Below, one piece after another: positions 40,977 through 55,150 of a stretch of DNA of 64,000 bases (position 1 is the first letter of the stretch; each line of letters opens with the position of its first letter). The translations under genes and the position numbers were made by a program. The notes beneath the pieces are model-generated. The model was not told the DNA's origin and searched no databases. It saw only the letters and a list, made by a program, of their open reading frames with translations. The stretch spans positions 13,766,001 through 13,830,000 of the forward strand of contig CM097885.1 of NCBI GenBank assembly GCA_044892525.1. Direction: 5' to 3'. This DNA comes from Schmidtea polychroa (Eukaryota).

Positions 40977-41139
40977 AACAGACTTCTTTTTTGGTAAACC
41001 AAAAATTATTGAATATGTTGCTACAGAATAATAATTATAATTATAATAATAATAATAACAATAATAATAATAATAATATTAATAATAATAATAGTAATTA
41101 TAATAACAATAATAATAATTATAATAATAATAATAATAA

Positions 41140-42404
<1,265 letters not shown>

Positions 42405-42410
42405 TATAAT

Positions 42411-42466
<56 letters not shown>

Positions 42467-42473
42467 TAATAAT

Positions 42474-42527
<54 letters not shown>

Positions 42528-42559
42528 TATAATAATAATTATAAAAACATACCCATTTC

Positions 42560-43760
42560 ATTCCCAATTCCAAATCATAAGGCAGACACAATTGCCAGAA
42601 TCTTTGTAGAACAAATTGTATTTAGATATGGTGTTCCGACAAAATTGCTTACCGACAGAGGAAAGGATTTCATGAGTAATTTGTTAAAGAGTATAAATGA
42701 TTACTTTGCTATTTTAAAATTAAATACCTCACCATACCACCCACAGACGGATGGATTGGTAGAAAGGTTCAATGGAACCTTGGCAAACATGCTATCATCA
42801 TACGTAAACTCAGGTCAGACGGACTGGGATATACACATACCATCTTGTTTGTTTGCGTATAGAAATGCTGTTCATTCAGTAACTGGAGAAACACCTTTCT
42901 ATCTGATGTATTTAAGGCATAGCAAGATGCCAGTGGATCTTATATTTTATCCGAAAGCCTCACAGAATTGTGATGAAGGAAATTACTTATTCGAGATGAG
43001 AGAGAGAATGCAAGAAGCCTGGGAGAAAGCAGGCTTGAACATTCGTTATAATCAGGAAACAATGAAGGAATATCATGATCGTAAAGCAAAGGATCATGGA
43101 TTTTTGGTAGGAGATTATGTCATGTTAGAGGGACATTACAACAAAAAAGGTTTATCTCCAAAATTAATGAGAAATTACAAAGGGCCGTATCAAATTTTGA
43201 AAGTCACAGAAACCAATTTAGTCTTGCAGTTAGTGGCAAACAGAAAAGCAGAACCGATAATGGTTCATGCAAACAGATGTAAAAAGATAGCGCCACCAGA
43301 AACGGAGAAACCAAGATCAGAAATTAATGAATTCAAAATAGATAAGAAATCGAAAAAGAAAACGTTAGAATCATACAAAAGTATCCTAAAGGGACAACCG
43401 GAACGATACCCTTTACGATCTAGGCAAATCCCGAAAACAGTTACATTTCTAGCAGTGATTAGTTGTGTTATGATGATGGGACATGCATTTGAGGTATTCA
43501 CACCTAAAGCCAGTCAACATCTAGATATCGAATATCAACGAACAGATAGAGCGTTCAGATTTCATCTAACGAATATACAGTGGCATAGATATGACTTATA
43601 TTTGGTAGCTGCTGAAAGAGGGATATCATTTCACTTGAATACATGGGACCGAGTAAAAGTAATAAGAGGGACTTATGCCGAATACAAGTTATCTATTAGA
43701 AATCAAGACATTCTTTGCAGACCCAAACGTTTTAGCAGACGGAGGAGATTGTGTAGATAA
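42560..43760 (+). CDS. Gypsy integrase (5'-truncated) with C-terminal extension
   Basis: LLTDRG, SPYHPQTDGLVERFN, KGPY, RYPLRSR then a hydrophobic segment; the poly-N start of the listed ORF is microsatellite. Confidence 0.9.
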
Positions 43761-44415
43761 AGCAGCATGGATCTTGAAGACTGAAAAATTTACGAAAAAA
43801 GTGGAGATTTCATATCTCGGGCAGATAGTGAGATTTACTCATCCACGATGGAACAGAAATGATACATCTTCCACTCACGATTGGAGGACGAATAATAAAA
43901 TTGCGCTTATCGTCATATTAGAAAATGACCTGCGAGTCGAGAGATTAGTGCTCAATCATGCGTATCTAAGTAGAAGATGGAGAATCAAACCAGATACCGT
44001 GACAAAGGCGAATATTTCGTATTTGGAATTTACGGAGAGAACCGGTTGGTATACAATATATCAAGAAATAGTAAATCTAATACCTCCCACAAAGGGAAAA
44101 CTAGCTAGCAAAGAAGGAAAGGCTAGATTAGTGAGTATTCCTGGTTGTAAAGGAATAAATGCTCTGGATTGGTTTAGTATTAAAAAGGTAGCGAGTGTAA
44201 AACAGCCCCGCATAACTAAAATAATTAATAATTGTAGTTGTCAAAATACGTTAAAGGGGACAACAAGAGAAAAAACGGCAACATGGCTATTGTTAATTAT
44301 GATAGGGGGAGTAATTTGTATGATTTTAATTTTGCTATTAACCACCCTATGGATGTTTAGATTAAATATACGGGATATTCGTTATTGGGAAAATATTTAC
44401 GAAACCGAGGTATAG
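43675..44415 (+). CDS. env-like membrane protein (C-terminal TM helix)
   Basis: Sequons NDT, NIS, NCS; TM TATWLLLIMIGGVICMILILLLTTLWMF; located between integrase and the 3' LTR. Confidence 0.6.
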   Translation: MPNTSYLLEIKTFFADPNVLADGGDCVDKAAWILKTEKFTKKVEISYLGQIVRFTHPRWNRNDTSSTHDWRTNNKIALIVILENDLRVERLVLNHAYLSRRWRIKPDTVTKANISYLEFTERTGWYTIYQEIVNLIPPTKGKLASKEGKARLVSIPGCKGINALDWFSIKKVASVKQPRITKIINNCSCQNTLKGTTREKTATWLLLIMIGGVICMILILLLTTLWMFRLNIRDIRYWENIYETEV

Positions 44416-44616
44416 GGGGGAAAGTCTCACCATATACTAGGAAGTGTAAATATATATAGTTATTTATTTTATATGTTATTTATTTTAGTATGTAGACTAA
44501 TGTGGGCTCAAATGAGCATCGGTAAAATCAGACATCAGCGTATGTCGACTTTGGTTACCCTGCGAGGGTCTATCACGAAAGTGATAAAAGCTGTTAATTA
44601 TTTTATTTTTAGAAAA

Positions 44617-45135
44617 ATGAATTTTAACAGAGAACCAAAGCCACCAGTCAAAGCAAATCGACAACACCCACTGGCAACGTACAATTCCCAAACTCGAGTT
44701 GAAACTGAAGTGTATAGCACCTATAAAGAAGAGTATGTATATCGGTTCATCGGAACCACGGTAGCAGCAAAGATGAATCACCTCACCTCAAACTATTGGT
44801 ATTATCCCAGGAGAGTGGATATTCCAAACGACTTCAAATTCCCAGGAGGGCCTCGAAGGCAAATGATGGTAACGGTTATAAATAACCAAGGTAGATTAAA
44901 ATTGGCGGAACTATGTAGAGAGTATGGTTCATGTCCGAAATTGGAAAATATTTGGATCCATGCGATCAATAGGCCATTCACTGTGTTTATGGCGGGATTA
45001 GAGTTACCTGTTGAGTTAGAAAAACAGTGTACTCTGGAGATATACCACGCTGATGGACGAGAACGGAATATTATGATCCAGGCAGCGGCGGTGGGCACCA
45101 TAATCGCAGTAGAAATCTTAGACTTCTATATCTAA
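44617..45135 (+). CDS. Additional retrotransposon ORF of unknown function
   Basis: Open 172-codon frame after a TTTTAG acceptor-like site, upstream of the PPT. Confidence 0.55.
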   Translation: MNFNREPKPPVKANRQHPLATYNSQTRVETEVYSTYKEEYVYRFIGTTVAAKMNHLTSNYWYYPRRVDIPNDFKFPGGPRRQMMVTVINNQGRLKLAELCREYGSCPKLENIWIHAINRPFTVFMAGLELPVELEKQCTLEIYHADGRERNIMIQAAAVGTIIAVEILDFYI

Positions 45136-45380
45136 TCCAAGAGAGTTGCCACTCAACATGTGTCGTCGAATTCAAAATGTGTATAAAATGACTTATCTAT
45201 TATTTGATTTGTGCTATCCAGTGTTTTGACATTCATTATTTGTAATCTGAAACATTCATTTTGTGTTTTGTCTTATTTGATTAATTTTTATGTCTTATTG
45301 TAATACTGTTTATCAAAAGCCTTTCTTTAGTCTTGCTTTTGTCTTGTTTTCGAGACGAAAATCTTTTAGGGGGTAAGACT

Positions 45381-46463
45381 TGTTAGGGATAGGCCTAGGG
45401 CCTTGATTGTAAAATATATAAAGAATTACTATATTTAGAAATGGTATAAATAAAATAATAAAGAATTACCGAAAATAAAACATTAGAGTTAAATAATTAC
45501 TATAATTAGAATTAGGTAGTATATAGTAATATTTGATATTACTGTCACTATATATAGTAATTATAAAATTGCTATTAATATAATAAATAATTAAAATAGA
45601 ATATAAATACTTGTTCAAAACAAGAACCAAGGGACGATAAAACATAGAGAATAATTGAAACGGTAATTTGAGGACGAGAAACATTGAGAAGAATATACAA
45701 CGTATTTCAGAGAGAGAGACGATAAATTGAAAAGAAATAGTCTGGACGATTAAATTAGTTGATTATTGTGATTAAAGAATCACTGTGTTTATTTTAATTA
45801 ATTTCAACTCAACTCTGAGTTGTTTAAATTGGATATAAACAATAGCTCACACGCGAAGAAATTCCGGCTTCAATTTCAAATCAATATCAACGGAGAAATT
45901 CTACTATAAATTGATCATCAAATTAGTTGAGAGAGAGAAATAAGAAATTAGTCAAGAGCTAAGAATATTGTCGTCACAGAATTGTAAAGAAGATTGGTCT
46001 ACAACATTGTTTAACCATTCAGGTAGATTTGATTATCAAGGGATAAATTAGTATCCTGTTAAATAGGTAAAATTAAAGCGAACACAAAGTATAGATCTTT
46101 TACTTTAGTGTTCCCTGGAAGCCTCAAAATCATTCCCCCTTGCTTGCCCAACTCTTTTAGTCATATTGCGATCGTTGTGCTACACAGGAGCCATCGATTT
46201 CTTGCAGGCTGTGGTAAACAGTAAGGATTAATAAATCCGTTTTCTTGTACTCTTTGTACATATATTATAAAGTTCATTTGTAAATTATAAAATACATTTT
46301 TATAAAAAGAGAAAGGAGTTTTTGTTTTTAATTCAGTGATTTAAACTTAAACGCGCAACCACATTAAATATAACATATTTATATTTATTTTTATTTATTT
46401 ATCTTAATTAAATTATTGGAGTCGTTTGTGTTAGGATCTATAGTCCCCGTTTTCGATCTTAAC

Positions 46464-46464
<1 letters not shown>
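45381..46464 (+). repeat. LTR copy 2 (3' LTR)
   Basis: About 10 differences from LTR copy 1, counted by eye. Confidence 0.95.
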
Positions 46465-46516
<52 letters not shown>

Positions 46517-46523
46517 TAATAAC

Positions 46524-46592
<69 letters not shown>

Positions 46593-46959
46593 TATAATAA
46601 TAATTATAAAAACATACCCATTTCTTCATAAAAAAGTTTTTTTCATTAAATTGATTTCATAAATCATATAATTTGTTTTCATAAAAACTGGTTTCAGAAA
46701 AAAAAAATAAAAATTAATCATAAGAAATTTAATTATAAAAAATTTAAATCATAAAAATAATAATTACCTCATTTGAAAAATATATACAAAGTATTGATAA
46801 CATCTAACCAATCAGAATTGGATATTATCGATTCTTTGTTCTCTGAATATGACTCATCGATGAGTCATTGTTACTAACTGAGTAATTTCTACTCACATAA
46901 AGACATGCAATACAAGTGCAATACAAGTGCATGAAATGTCTTGATGTAAGTAATAATAC

Positions 46960-46991
<32 letters not shown>

Positions 46992-47091
46992 TTTATGACA
47001 ATACTAGTAATAATAATAATTAAATTAATAATATTTATGCCAATAATAATAATAATATATCAGACAAAGATTATTTAAATTAATACATTTA

Positions 47092-47592
47092 TTAAACAAT
47101 GAAATAATTGAAAATTAACAATGGCCATTTAAATATTGATGTACTCATAATTGCTGCCATCTTGTTTGAAATTGGTAACGTTGAATTGGTTTTCAAATTT
47201 TCTATCGATTCTTTTATTGTTCGAATTTCGAATATTATTAAATCAATCTTTCTTAACAAATGATCATGTTTCTTATCAATAATTTTCATATTCTTTATAT
47301 TTTCAACAATTGAGTTATTGAAAACCTCAATATGATCAATAAATTTAAATTTTATATTTTGTATATATTCAAAAGATAGGTCATAGCTGTTTTCTAAATT
47401 CTCCAATCTTTGAGATATTCTTTTTCCTGGATGCTTTGCCCATTTTGGTTTGTCAAGAATATATAAAATATCCATCAACTTGGCGGTATTTGGACAAATA
47501 CATATTGATTTATTAAAGGACTCCACCGTTATTGTTGTATTGTGTGAGCACACATTCCTTATAATAATTAGCAATAGAAATATAGTTTTCAT
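47092..47592 (-). CDS. Secreted or GPI-anchored coiled-coil protein
   Basis: Signal peptide MKTIFLLLIIIRNVCS, CICP, N-glycosylation sequons, heptad region, C-terminal hydrophobic tail IFKWPLLIFNYFIV. Confidence 0.7.
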   Translation of the reverse strand: MKTIFLLLIIIRNVCSHNTTITVESFNKSICICPNTAKLMDILYILDKPKWAKHPGKRISQRLENLENSYDLSFEYIQNIKFKFIDHIEVFNNSIVENIKNMKIIDKKHDHLLRKIDLIIFEIRTIKESIENLKTNSTLPISNKMAAIMSTSIFKWPLLIFNYFIV

Positions 47593-47701
47593 GTTGTATC
47601 AAATCTATTATGTTTTACATTTATAGTCTATCAACCAATCAGAATCATATTACACACACAGTAGTATAAATAAGACAGTATATTAAAAATTATTGTAAAA
47701 A
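47593..47701. promoter_or_regulatory. Compact bidirectional promoter
   Basis: TATAAA on minus strand (47620-47625), CCAAT (47635) and TATAAA on plus strand (47665-47670) between two divergent ATGs. Confidence 0.6.
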
Positions 47702-48156
<455 letters not shown>

Positions 48157-48259
48157 TATTATTAATATTACTTATTATTATAATTATTATTCAGTAGCGA
48201 CATACAATAAATTTTGGTTTACCAAAAAAAGAAGTCTGTTCTAAAAATTAGAGTCGTGT

Positions 48260-48922
48260 GATGAGTCTTTTTTTTAAAAATAAATTATTGGTCTTTGTTC
48301 AAAAAAGTCATCGATGAGTCATACTGGGGGGGGGGGGAGTATGCAAAAAAAAGAAAAAAGAAACCCCCTATCTAAACTATGAGTCATCGATGAGTCTTTG
48401 TCTATATATCTTTGTTTAAATGTCTTTGTTTAAATGTATTTATTTAATTATTTGTTTACATGTCTTTGTTTAAATATTTGTTTAAATATATTTATTTAAA
48501 TATTTGTTTAAATGTATTTATTTAAATTTTTGTTTTAATGTCTTTGTTTAAATATTAAATATGTCTTTGTTTAAAAAATGATGAGTCATATATACTTTGA
48601 TAATGAGTCAGTTAGCTTTGTTCCAAAAATGATATGACCTTCTTACTAAAATTAGAATGACCTTGATGAGTCATCTTCTTTGTTTAAAAATGATGAGTCA
48701 TCGGGCAGGATCAAAGGAGATGAGTCATATGTACTTTATTGATGAGTCATCGTCTTTGTTTAAAAATGATGAGTCATCGGATCTGGGCAAAAAGTGATTT
48801 GGATCAATGATCGGATCAAAAAATGATGAGTCGCCGATGAGTCATCGATTAGTCATATGTCTTTGTTTTGCGCTGAGTCATGGGGGGTATATGAAGAGTC
48901 ATGGAGCACACTTCCCTCTACT
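48260..48922. promoter_or_regulatory. Dense AP-1 (TGAGTCA) / HMG-box (CTTTGTT) / Fox-like (TGTTTA) motif array
   Basis: 11 perfect TGAGTCA counted (48315-48880) and about 10 CTTTGT sites. Confidence 0.7.
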
Positions 48923-49517
48923 GTTGATAAATTAAAACAAACATGTTTTTGTAATTTTCCTGATTTTAAAATTATTTGATGATAATAGGGAAAAATTTAC
49001 TTTTAACATCAATATTTTTGAATTTTTGATCTTTTAAATATAAAAAATATATAGAAATCAAAACAATTTAAATCAATGAAAACAAACTAATGCTGGTTCA
49101 AAAATTTCTGTTGTTTGATGATTAAAATTAATCTCAAAATTGCCACATCATGAATTCAAAATTATACAGAAATTAGCAATATGCAATCCGAAGCTGAGAA
49201 TTGGTGATTATCTTTCGGATTTCGAGTTTCAACTAAGGCATTATTAACAACAGGTTCATATGCGTACACGTGAAATTCCGTTTTGCATTGTAGTAGCGCT
49301 ATTCTTAGGCAATCCAATCTTGATTGATAGCCGACAATAAATGTTGTCTTTCAACATTCATTTTCATTATACCTTAGACACACAATGTTCATACATTCTG
49401 TTGAATTTTGGGGAAACACTACTGAGGTTCATATTTTTAAAATTTTTTTTTTAATGTAATGATTTCAAATCCAATTATATCCCGACGGAGCCCCCAAATT
49501 TGTGTGGTGGGTTGCAA

Positions 49518-50102
49518 GTAATCTACATTTTACCAATATTTATTTTGAGGATTTTTGATTTGGAAATATTTTGTAAATAATCTACATTTTACCAAAATTT
49601 ATTTTGAGAATTTTTGATTTGGAAATATTTTGTAAATATCTTATGTGTGATTTTTTCTAGTAATTTGTTGATTTTTTTTCCACCGCCAGTTCCTAGCGAG
49701 GTTGGCTGTGAAAATTTATAAACTACCGCGCCTGCCACTTCGGGGCGGACGTGTAGGTTGATGATTTTAATCTTCATATTTGTATAACTTGGACTTGCAT
49801 GTTTTGTGATTGATTTTAAAAATTAGACTTTAGTTTTTTGGACCTTTTTTAAAATTTTGATTTGTTAAATTTTGGGAACTTTGTTTTTGGGACTTTTTAA
49901 AATTTTGGGAAGAATAAATTTGGGAAAATTTTGAGTTTGGAAAATGTGGGAAAATAATATTGGTATTTTTAAAATTTTGGGAAATTTTGGGTCGAGAAAA
50001 TTTGGGAAATTTATTTTTGGGACTTTTTAAATTTTGGGAAAATTTAGAGTTGGGAAATTTATTTTAGGGATTTTTTGAGTTGGAAATATTTTGTAAATAT
50101 CC
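49518..50102. repeat. Degenerate tandem repeats (TTTGGGAAAATT-rich; AATCTACATTTTACCAA duplication)
   Basis: Repeated GGAAATATTTTGTAAATA and TTTTGGGACTTTTTAAA motifs. Confidence 0.6.
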
Positions 50103-50475
50103 TATGGACATGGTGTGGAAGGGACATATCCATCTGCTATAGATATTATGAGGATAACAAGTGACGGCGCAAGTTTAATGCTTAAATATTGGAGACTATC
50201 ACAGGTCGAATCACAGCTCTTCTACAATCACATAATACAACTGGCGATTATGAACGTATTTTACATTAAGCAACCAAAGGAAATGAACCAGGCAATAGAA
50301 AATGATTCTGCTGAAGAAGAATTTGATGTCTAAAACCTGTAAAAGATGAAGAAAATGAAAATGAATTCATGGCCGGAGAATATTCGCTTATTAGTAATAT
50401 GAATATATTCGACACAATTAAAAAAAAATTCAAATTAGCAAAGATACATAATGGATACAGAAAACAAATAACTAT

Positions 50476-50768
50476 TGTAAGGAGTCAGTAAATCTCTATA
50501 TAAGATTATTATGGTTAAATGGTAGAAGTGAGATCAGTTAGTAGAAATAATTATTTCTGTTAAATTTTTATATTTAAATTCTATATTAAATTATATCATA
50601 TTATATTAAATTATATTAAATTAAATCAATTAAATGTATGACCAGTAATTACATTAATATTAATAATTATCACGCCTCGGTGTTTAAATACTCTAGTAAA
50701 CGGCACAATTTTGAAGTTGTTATAAAAATAAATGATTGAAGAAAACTTGAATTTAATTGCGTCTAACA
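50476..50768 (+). repeat. 5' LTR
   Basis: TGTAAGGAG...GTCTAACA; about 4 mismatches to the split 3' LTR (55146-55303 + 57954-58092). Confidence 0.95.
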
Positions 50769-51798
50769 TGGCGACCACGACCACGGATTTATTGATAAGC
50801 AGACTATTACCTGAGAAATTTCACAAAGGCGATGATTTAGAAAATTTTATCAAGGATTGTCAAAGGTTTTATGGCGCGACAAAAACAACAATTAGGATGC
50901 AAGTAATATTAACTACAACATTACTTGAAAGATCGCTAATGGAAGATTATGAAGCAGCCGAAGGAAAAACTATGGAAGAGAAACTTCGATATGCATTTTC
51001 GAAACCGACATCATTAATGGATGATCTAAAAGAAGCTTTGAGTTATGAACAAGGATCAGATTCAGCCGAAACTTTTATAGAGAAAATTAAAAAGATGGCA
51101 AAGAAAATAATAGCGCACAAATGGGATGAAGAAGAAATAGAAAAATGCCTGCTTACAAACTGTGTAAGAGATCGAGAAGTTAAAAAAGAGATCGAGATGA
51201 AGGATTTGAAAACATCAGAAGAAATAAAAGCGACAATAAAGAAATTAGAAAAGGTAAACAAAATTATGGGCCATATTAATGTTGTGTGGACTTCACCGGT
51301 TGTTCAAAACTACAGAAGCTACAGAGATGTTGCTCAAAGAGGAATGGTAAACGGAAATAATAATTTCAAGCAGCGAAACGTCAGTAACCGACAATTGGAA
51401 TGCTGTACATGCAAGAAAACTGGTCATGTTAGTCAAGAATGCCAAATGAAAAAGAAAATGACGTGTTTTGCATGCGGAGTTGAAGGCGAGAATGTTCAAC
51501 GATTCAATGCCAGAGATGTTACTTACGTGGACACAAGGAGATTGACTGCTATACAAATTTGGAAAGAAGGAAGTTTCAAACTAATTCAAACATGAGAAAC
51601 AATAATTATTATGCCCATCGAACCACAAGCTATCAACAAAAGATCCACAATCCAGGAAGAACAATTGCAGCAATTGAAGCTAATGATGAGACGATGCCAC
51701 TTGAATATTCAGATGATGCAGAAGACAAATATGAGGATATTCAGCACCCAAAAGTACATGCTTCGACACGGGAGGCAATGATCGGAGCAATATACTAG
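50768..51798 (+). pseudogene. Gag with zinc knuckles (frameshifted)
   Basis: PEKFHKGDDLENFI; CCTCKKTGHVSQEC; CFACGVEG. Confidence 0.85.
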
Positions 51799-52143
51799 GT
51801 AATTTTGATATTGATGTAAATATTGGTCATAATAATTTTAATAATGTAAATATAATAATAATGTAGAACCTTTATGTAATAAAATTTGTAATTTTAAAAA
51901 GTTTCCTTTAAATAATTTTAAATGTTATTGTTATTTTAATGCTGATCGATCTTTAATAAATAATAATAATAATCTTAAGAATCAAGAAGAGTATAATGAA
52001 ATTAAAGAAGCAGAATATAATAATAAAATAGTAAATGAAAAAGTTTATAAATTTATTAAAAAGGCAGAAGATAAATTAGAGAGAAATGAAATCGGGTGGA
52101 TTAATGAAATATCAGAGAAGCAAAATATTTTCACTAAAGATGA

Positions 52144-55100
52144 ATGGAAACGACAAAACTGAGTTATGACAAAATGCAAGGTAGACCGAGTACAACTCTT
52201 GAAATTCATGGCTATAGAATGGAATGCTTACTAGATACAGGAGCAAGAGTAAATGTAATGGCAGAAGCAGTTGTGGACAAATTAGTGAATGTGAAAATCA
52301 TAAAAACAGATGAGATGTTAAGATGTGCAAATGATAGTAAATTAGAGACAATCGGAAAAATACATATTGATGTTAGAATTGGTAATATGAAAAGAAAAAT
52401 AATATTTATAATAGTTAAAAATATTGTTCCAGATATAATAGGCGGAGTGGAATTGCAGAAAGAGTTTGGAATTGAATTAAACTACATCAAGCAAAATGAA
52501 GAAGGATATAATGAATTTGTGTGTGAAATAGAAGCTAGATTTGGGGAAAAGATTACAGATAACGAGAGATGTCAAAAAGCAATAGAAATTCTAAGATTAA
52601 ACGAAAATAAAAGACTGTTAGAGATTGTTAAAAACAATAAAAGTGTTTTTATGGCTAATAACTAGGATATCGGATGTACTGATTTAATTGCACATAAAAT
52701 CATCACAAAAGAAGGGCCAATTATGATAAAACCCAGAAGACAACCCATCAATTTAGAAGAGAAAATAAATGCTGCTATAAAAAATTTAGAAAATAATGAT
52801 ATCATAAGAAGATGTAATTCACCTTGGAATACGCCGTTACTATGCGTGTGGAAAAAAGACAAAAAGATATCAGACTTTGTTTAGATTTTAGACAGCTTAA
52901 TAAGATTACTGAAAGACAAGCTTTTCCTATGCCGAATGTAAAAGAAATTCTAGATACATTACATGGATCTAAGTACTTTAGTTCTATAGACCTTGGGAAC
53001 GCTTATTATCAAGTGAAATTGGACATAGAATCGCAAGAAAAGACAGCATTTTTAACTAAAGAAGGGCAATTTTGTTTTAATAGAATACCTTTTGGCATTG
53101 CGGCGGCACCGGGTACATTCCAAGAATTAATGACAAAAAGATTGAAAGATCTATGGAAAGAAGGAGTTATGGTGTATTTAGACGATATTTTAATTTTTAC
53201 AAGAACAATTGAAGAACATTACAATGTGTTTGGAAAAGTTCTAGAGAAAATACGGGAAGCTAAATTGAGAATCAACCCAGAAAAATGTCAGTTATTAAAG
53301 AGCGAAGTAAAGTTTTTAGGGCACATTATTAACAGTCAGGGGATTCGGACAGATCAAAGTAAAATTGAGGCTATTAAATCATTTCAGAGGCCTAGGTGTA
53401 TAAAGAATTTGAGAAGCTTTTTAGATATATGTAACTATTATCGGAGATTTATTAAGGAATATGCAACAAAATCAAGAGCGCTAGAAAGCATATGTGGAAG
53501 CAATAGTGAAAAAATAATCTAGACTGAGGAATGTGAGAAAGCTTTCGAAGAAATGAAAATGGCGTTGACTACAGCGCCAATTCTCGTATTTCCAGATTTC
53601 AAGAAAGAATTCATATTAGATACAGACGCAAGCTTTGATACAATTGGAGCTGCATTATCACAAAGAGATGAAATGGGGCATGAACACGTTATTGCATATG
53701 GATCCCATGCAATGAGTAGCCATGAAAGAGGATATTGTATAACACGAAAAGAGCTTTTGGCTATATATTATTTCTGTCGCCATTTCAACCATTATTTATA
53801 CGGTAAACGGTTTGTTTTGCGCACTGATCATAAAGCAATAACTTTTATGTTAACGACAAAGAAACCTATAACAGCACAGTTCCAAACGTGGATAAATTAC
53901 TTGAGCAGTTTAGACATAAAAATGGAGTTCAGAAAAGGTACGGCGCATACGAATGAAGATATGCTGTCTAGAAATACATGCGGCAAATGTGTACAATGTT
54001 TGATGGACCATGATAATCCCAAATCAGGGCGATTAAAAACTAGATTGTTAACATTGATGACCGAAAATAATGGAAATGAATGGCAAAGAGATAATGCAGA
54101 AATACAAGATATAAAAGATCAAATAAATGAAAGGAAAAATAATAAATATATATTAAAAGGAAATATTATCTATACCAATCAAAACAAAATATGGATACCA
54201 GAAACAAAAAGACGAGAAATGATTAAGGAAACACATTTATTATAATGCCACGCAGGAGTAGAAAAAGTTATGAAATATATTAGGAACAATTTTGATATGG
54301 AAGATTTGCTAAATGAAGTAAAAGAGACTATTTCAATATGTGAAGCATGCCAGAAAAACAAAGTTTTAACTACAAAGTCAAAAGAAAAAACCCAAGTAAT
54401 TCAAGCTTCAGAACCTATGGAGAAAATATACATGGATATTTGCGGTCCATTAAGAGAAACCTTCAGAGGAGAAAAATATATTTGTGCAATAATCGATCAT
54501 TACAGTAAATACATATCTTTAACTCCTATTAGAAAGCAAGATGAAAATACAATAAAGGCAGTTTTGTTAAATAATTGGATATTGAAATTTGGAGCCCCTA
54601 AGGAACTACATGTTGATTGTGGAAAGAATATAGAAGCAAATAGAATTAAAGAACTAGCAAAGGCAGCAGGAATTGAGTTGATATTTTCGAGTCCGTATCA
54701 TCATAATACTAATGGTGTAATTGAAAGACAATTTCGTACTATAAGAGACTATATAAACGCGTCACACAGAGAAGGAGTTAAAAAAAGCTGGGCAGAATTA
54801 ATACGTTTTAAATGCAACAGCTCAAAAAACTACTAGAGTGAGTCCAGCAGAAATTATATTTGGAAGAAAGATTAATAGATCGCAATGGCATAGTAATAAT
54901 GAAGTGGATAGAAGTGGATAGAGGCTAAAAGACAGCAAGCGAAGGAAATTGACACAACAAGGAACTTAGAAGTGGGGGACAAAGTATTGGTGAAACAAGA
55001 AATTAGAAACAAAGATCACGAGAGATATGAAGGACCATACACAGTAATAAAACGAAATCATGAAAGAAGTTACTTATTAACAGACGAAAACGGGAGGAAA

Positions 55101-55150
55101 ATAGCGAGGAATATAGAAAAGTTAAAGCATTTTAAAGAAGGGGGATGTAA
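52144..55150 (+). pseudogene. Pol (protease, RT, RNase H, integrase) with stops and frameshifts
   Basis: LLDTGA; LCLDFRQLN, PFGI, YLDD; DTDAS, KELLAI, TDHKA; MDICGP, SPYHHNTNG, EGPY. Confidence 0.95.

Noticed and set aside
48260..48905. CRISPR-like repeat/spacer appearance
   Set aside because: Repeats are short TF-like motifs with irregular, internally repetitive spacing; eukaryotic context and no cas genes
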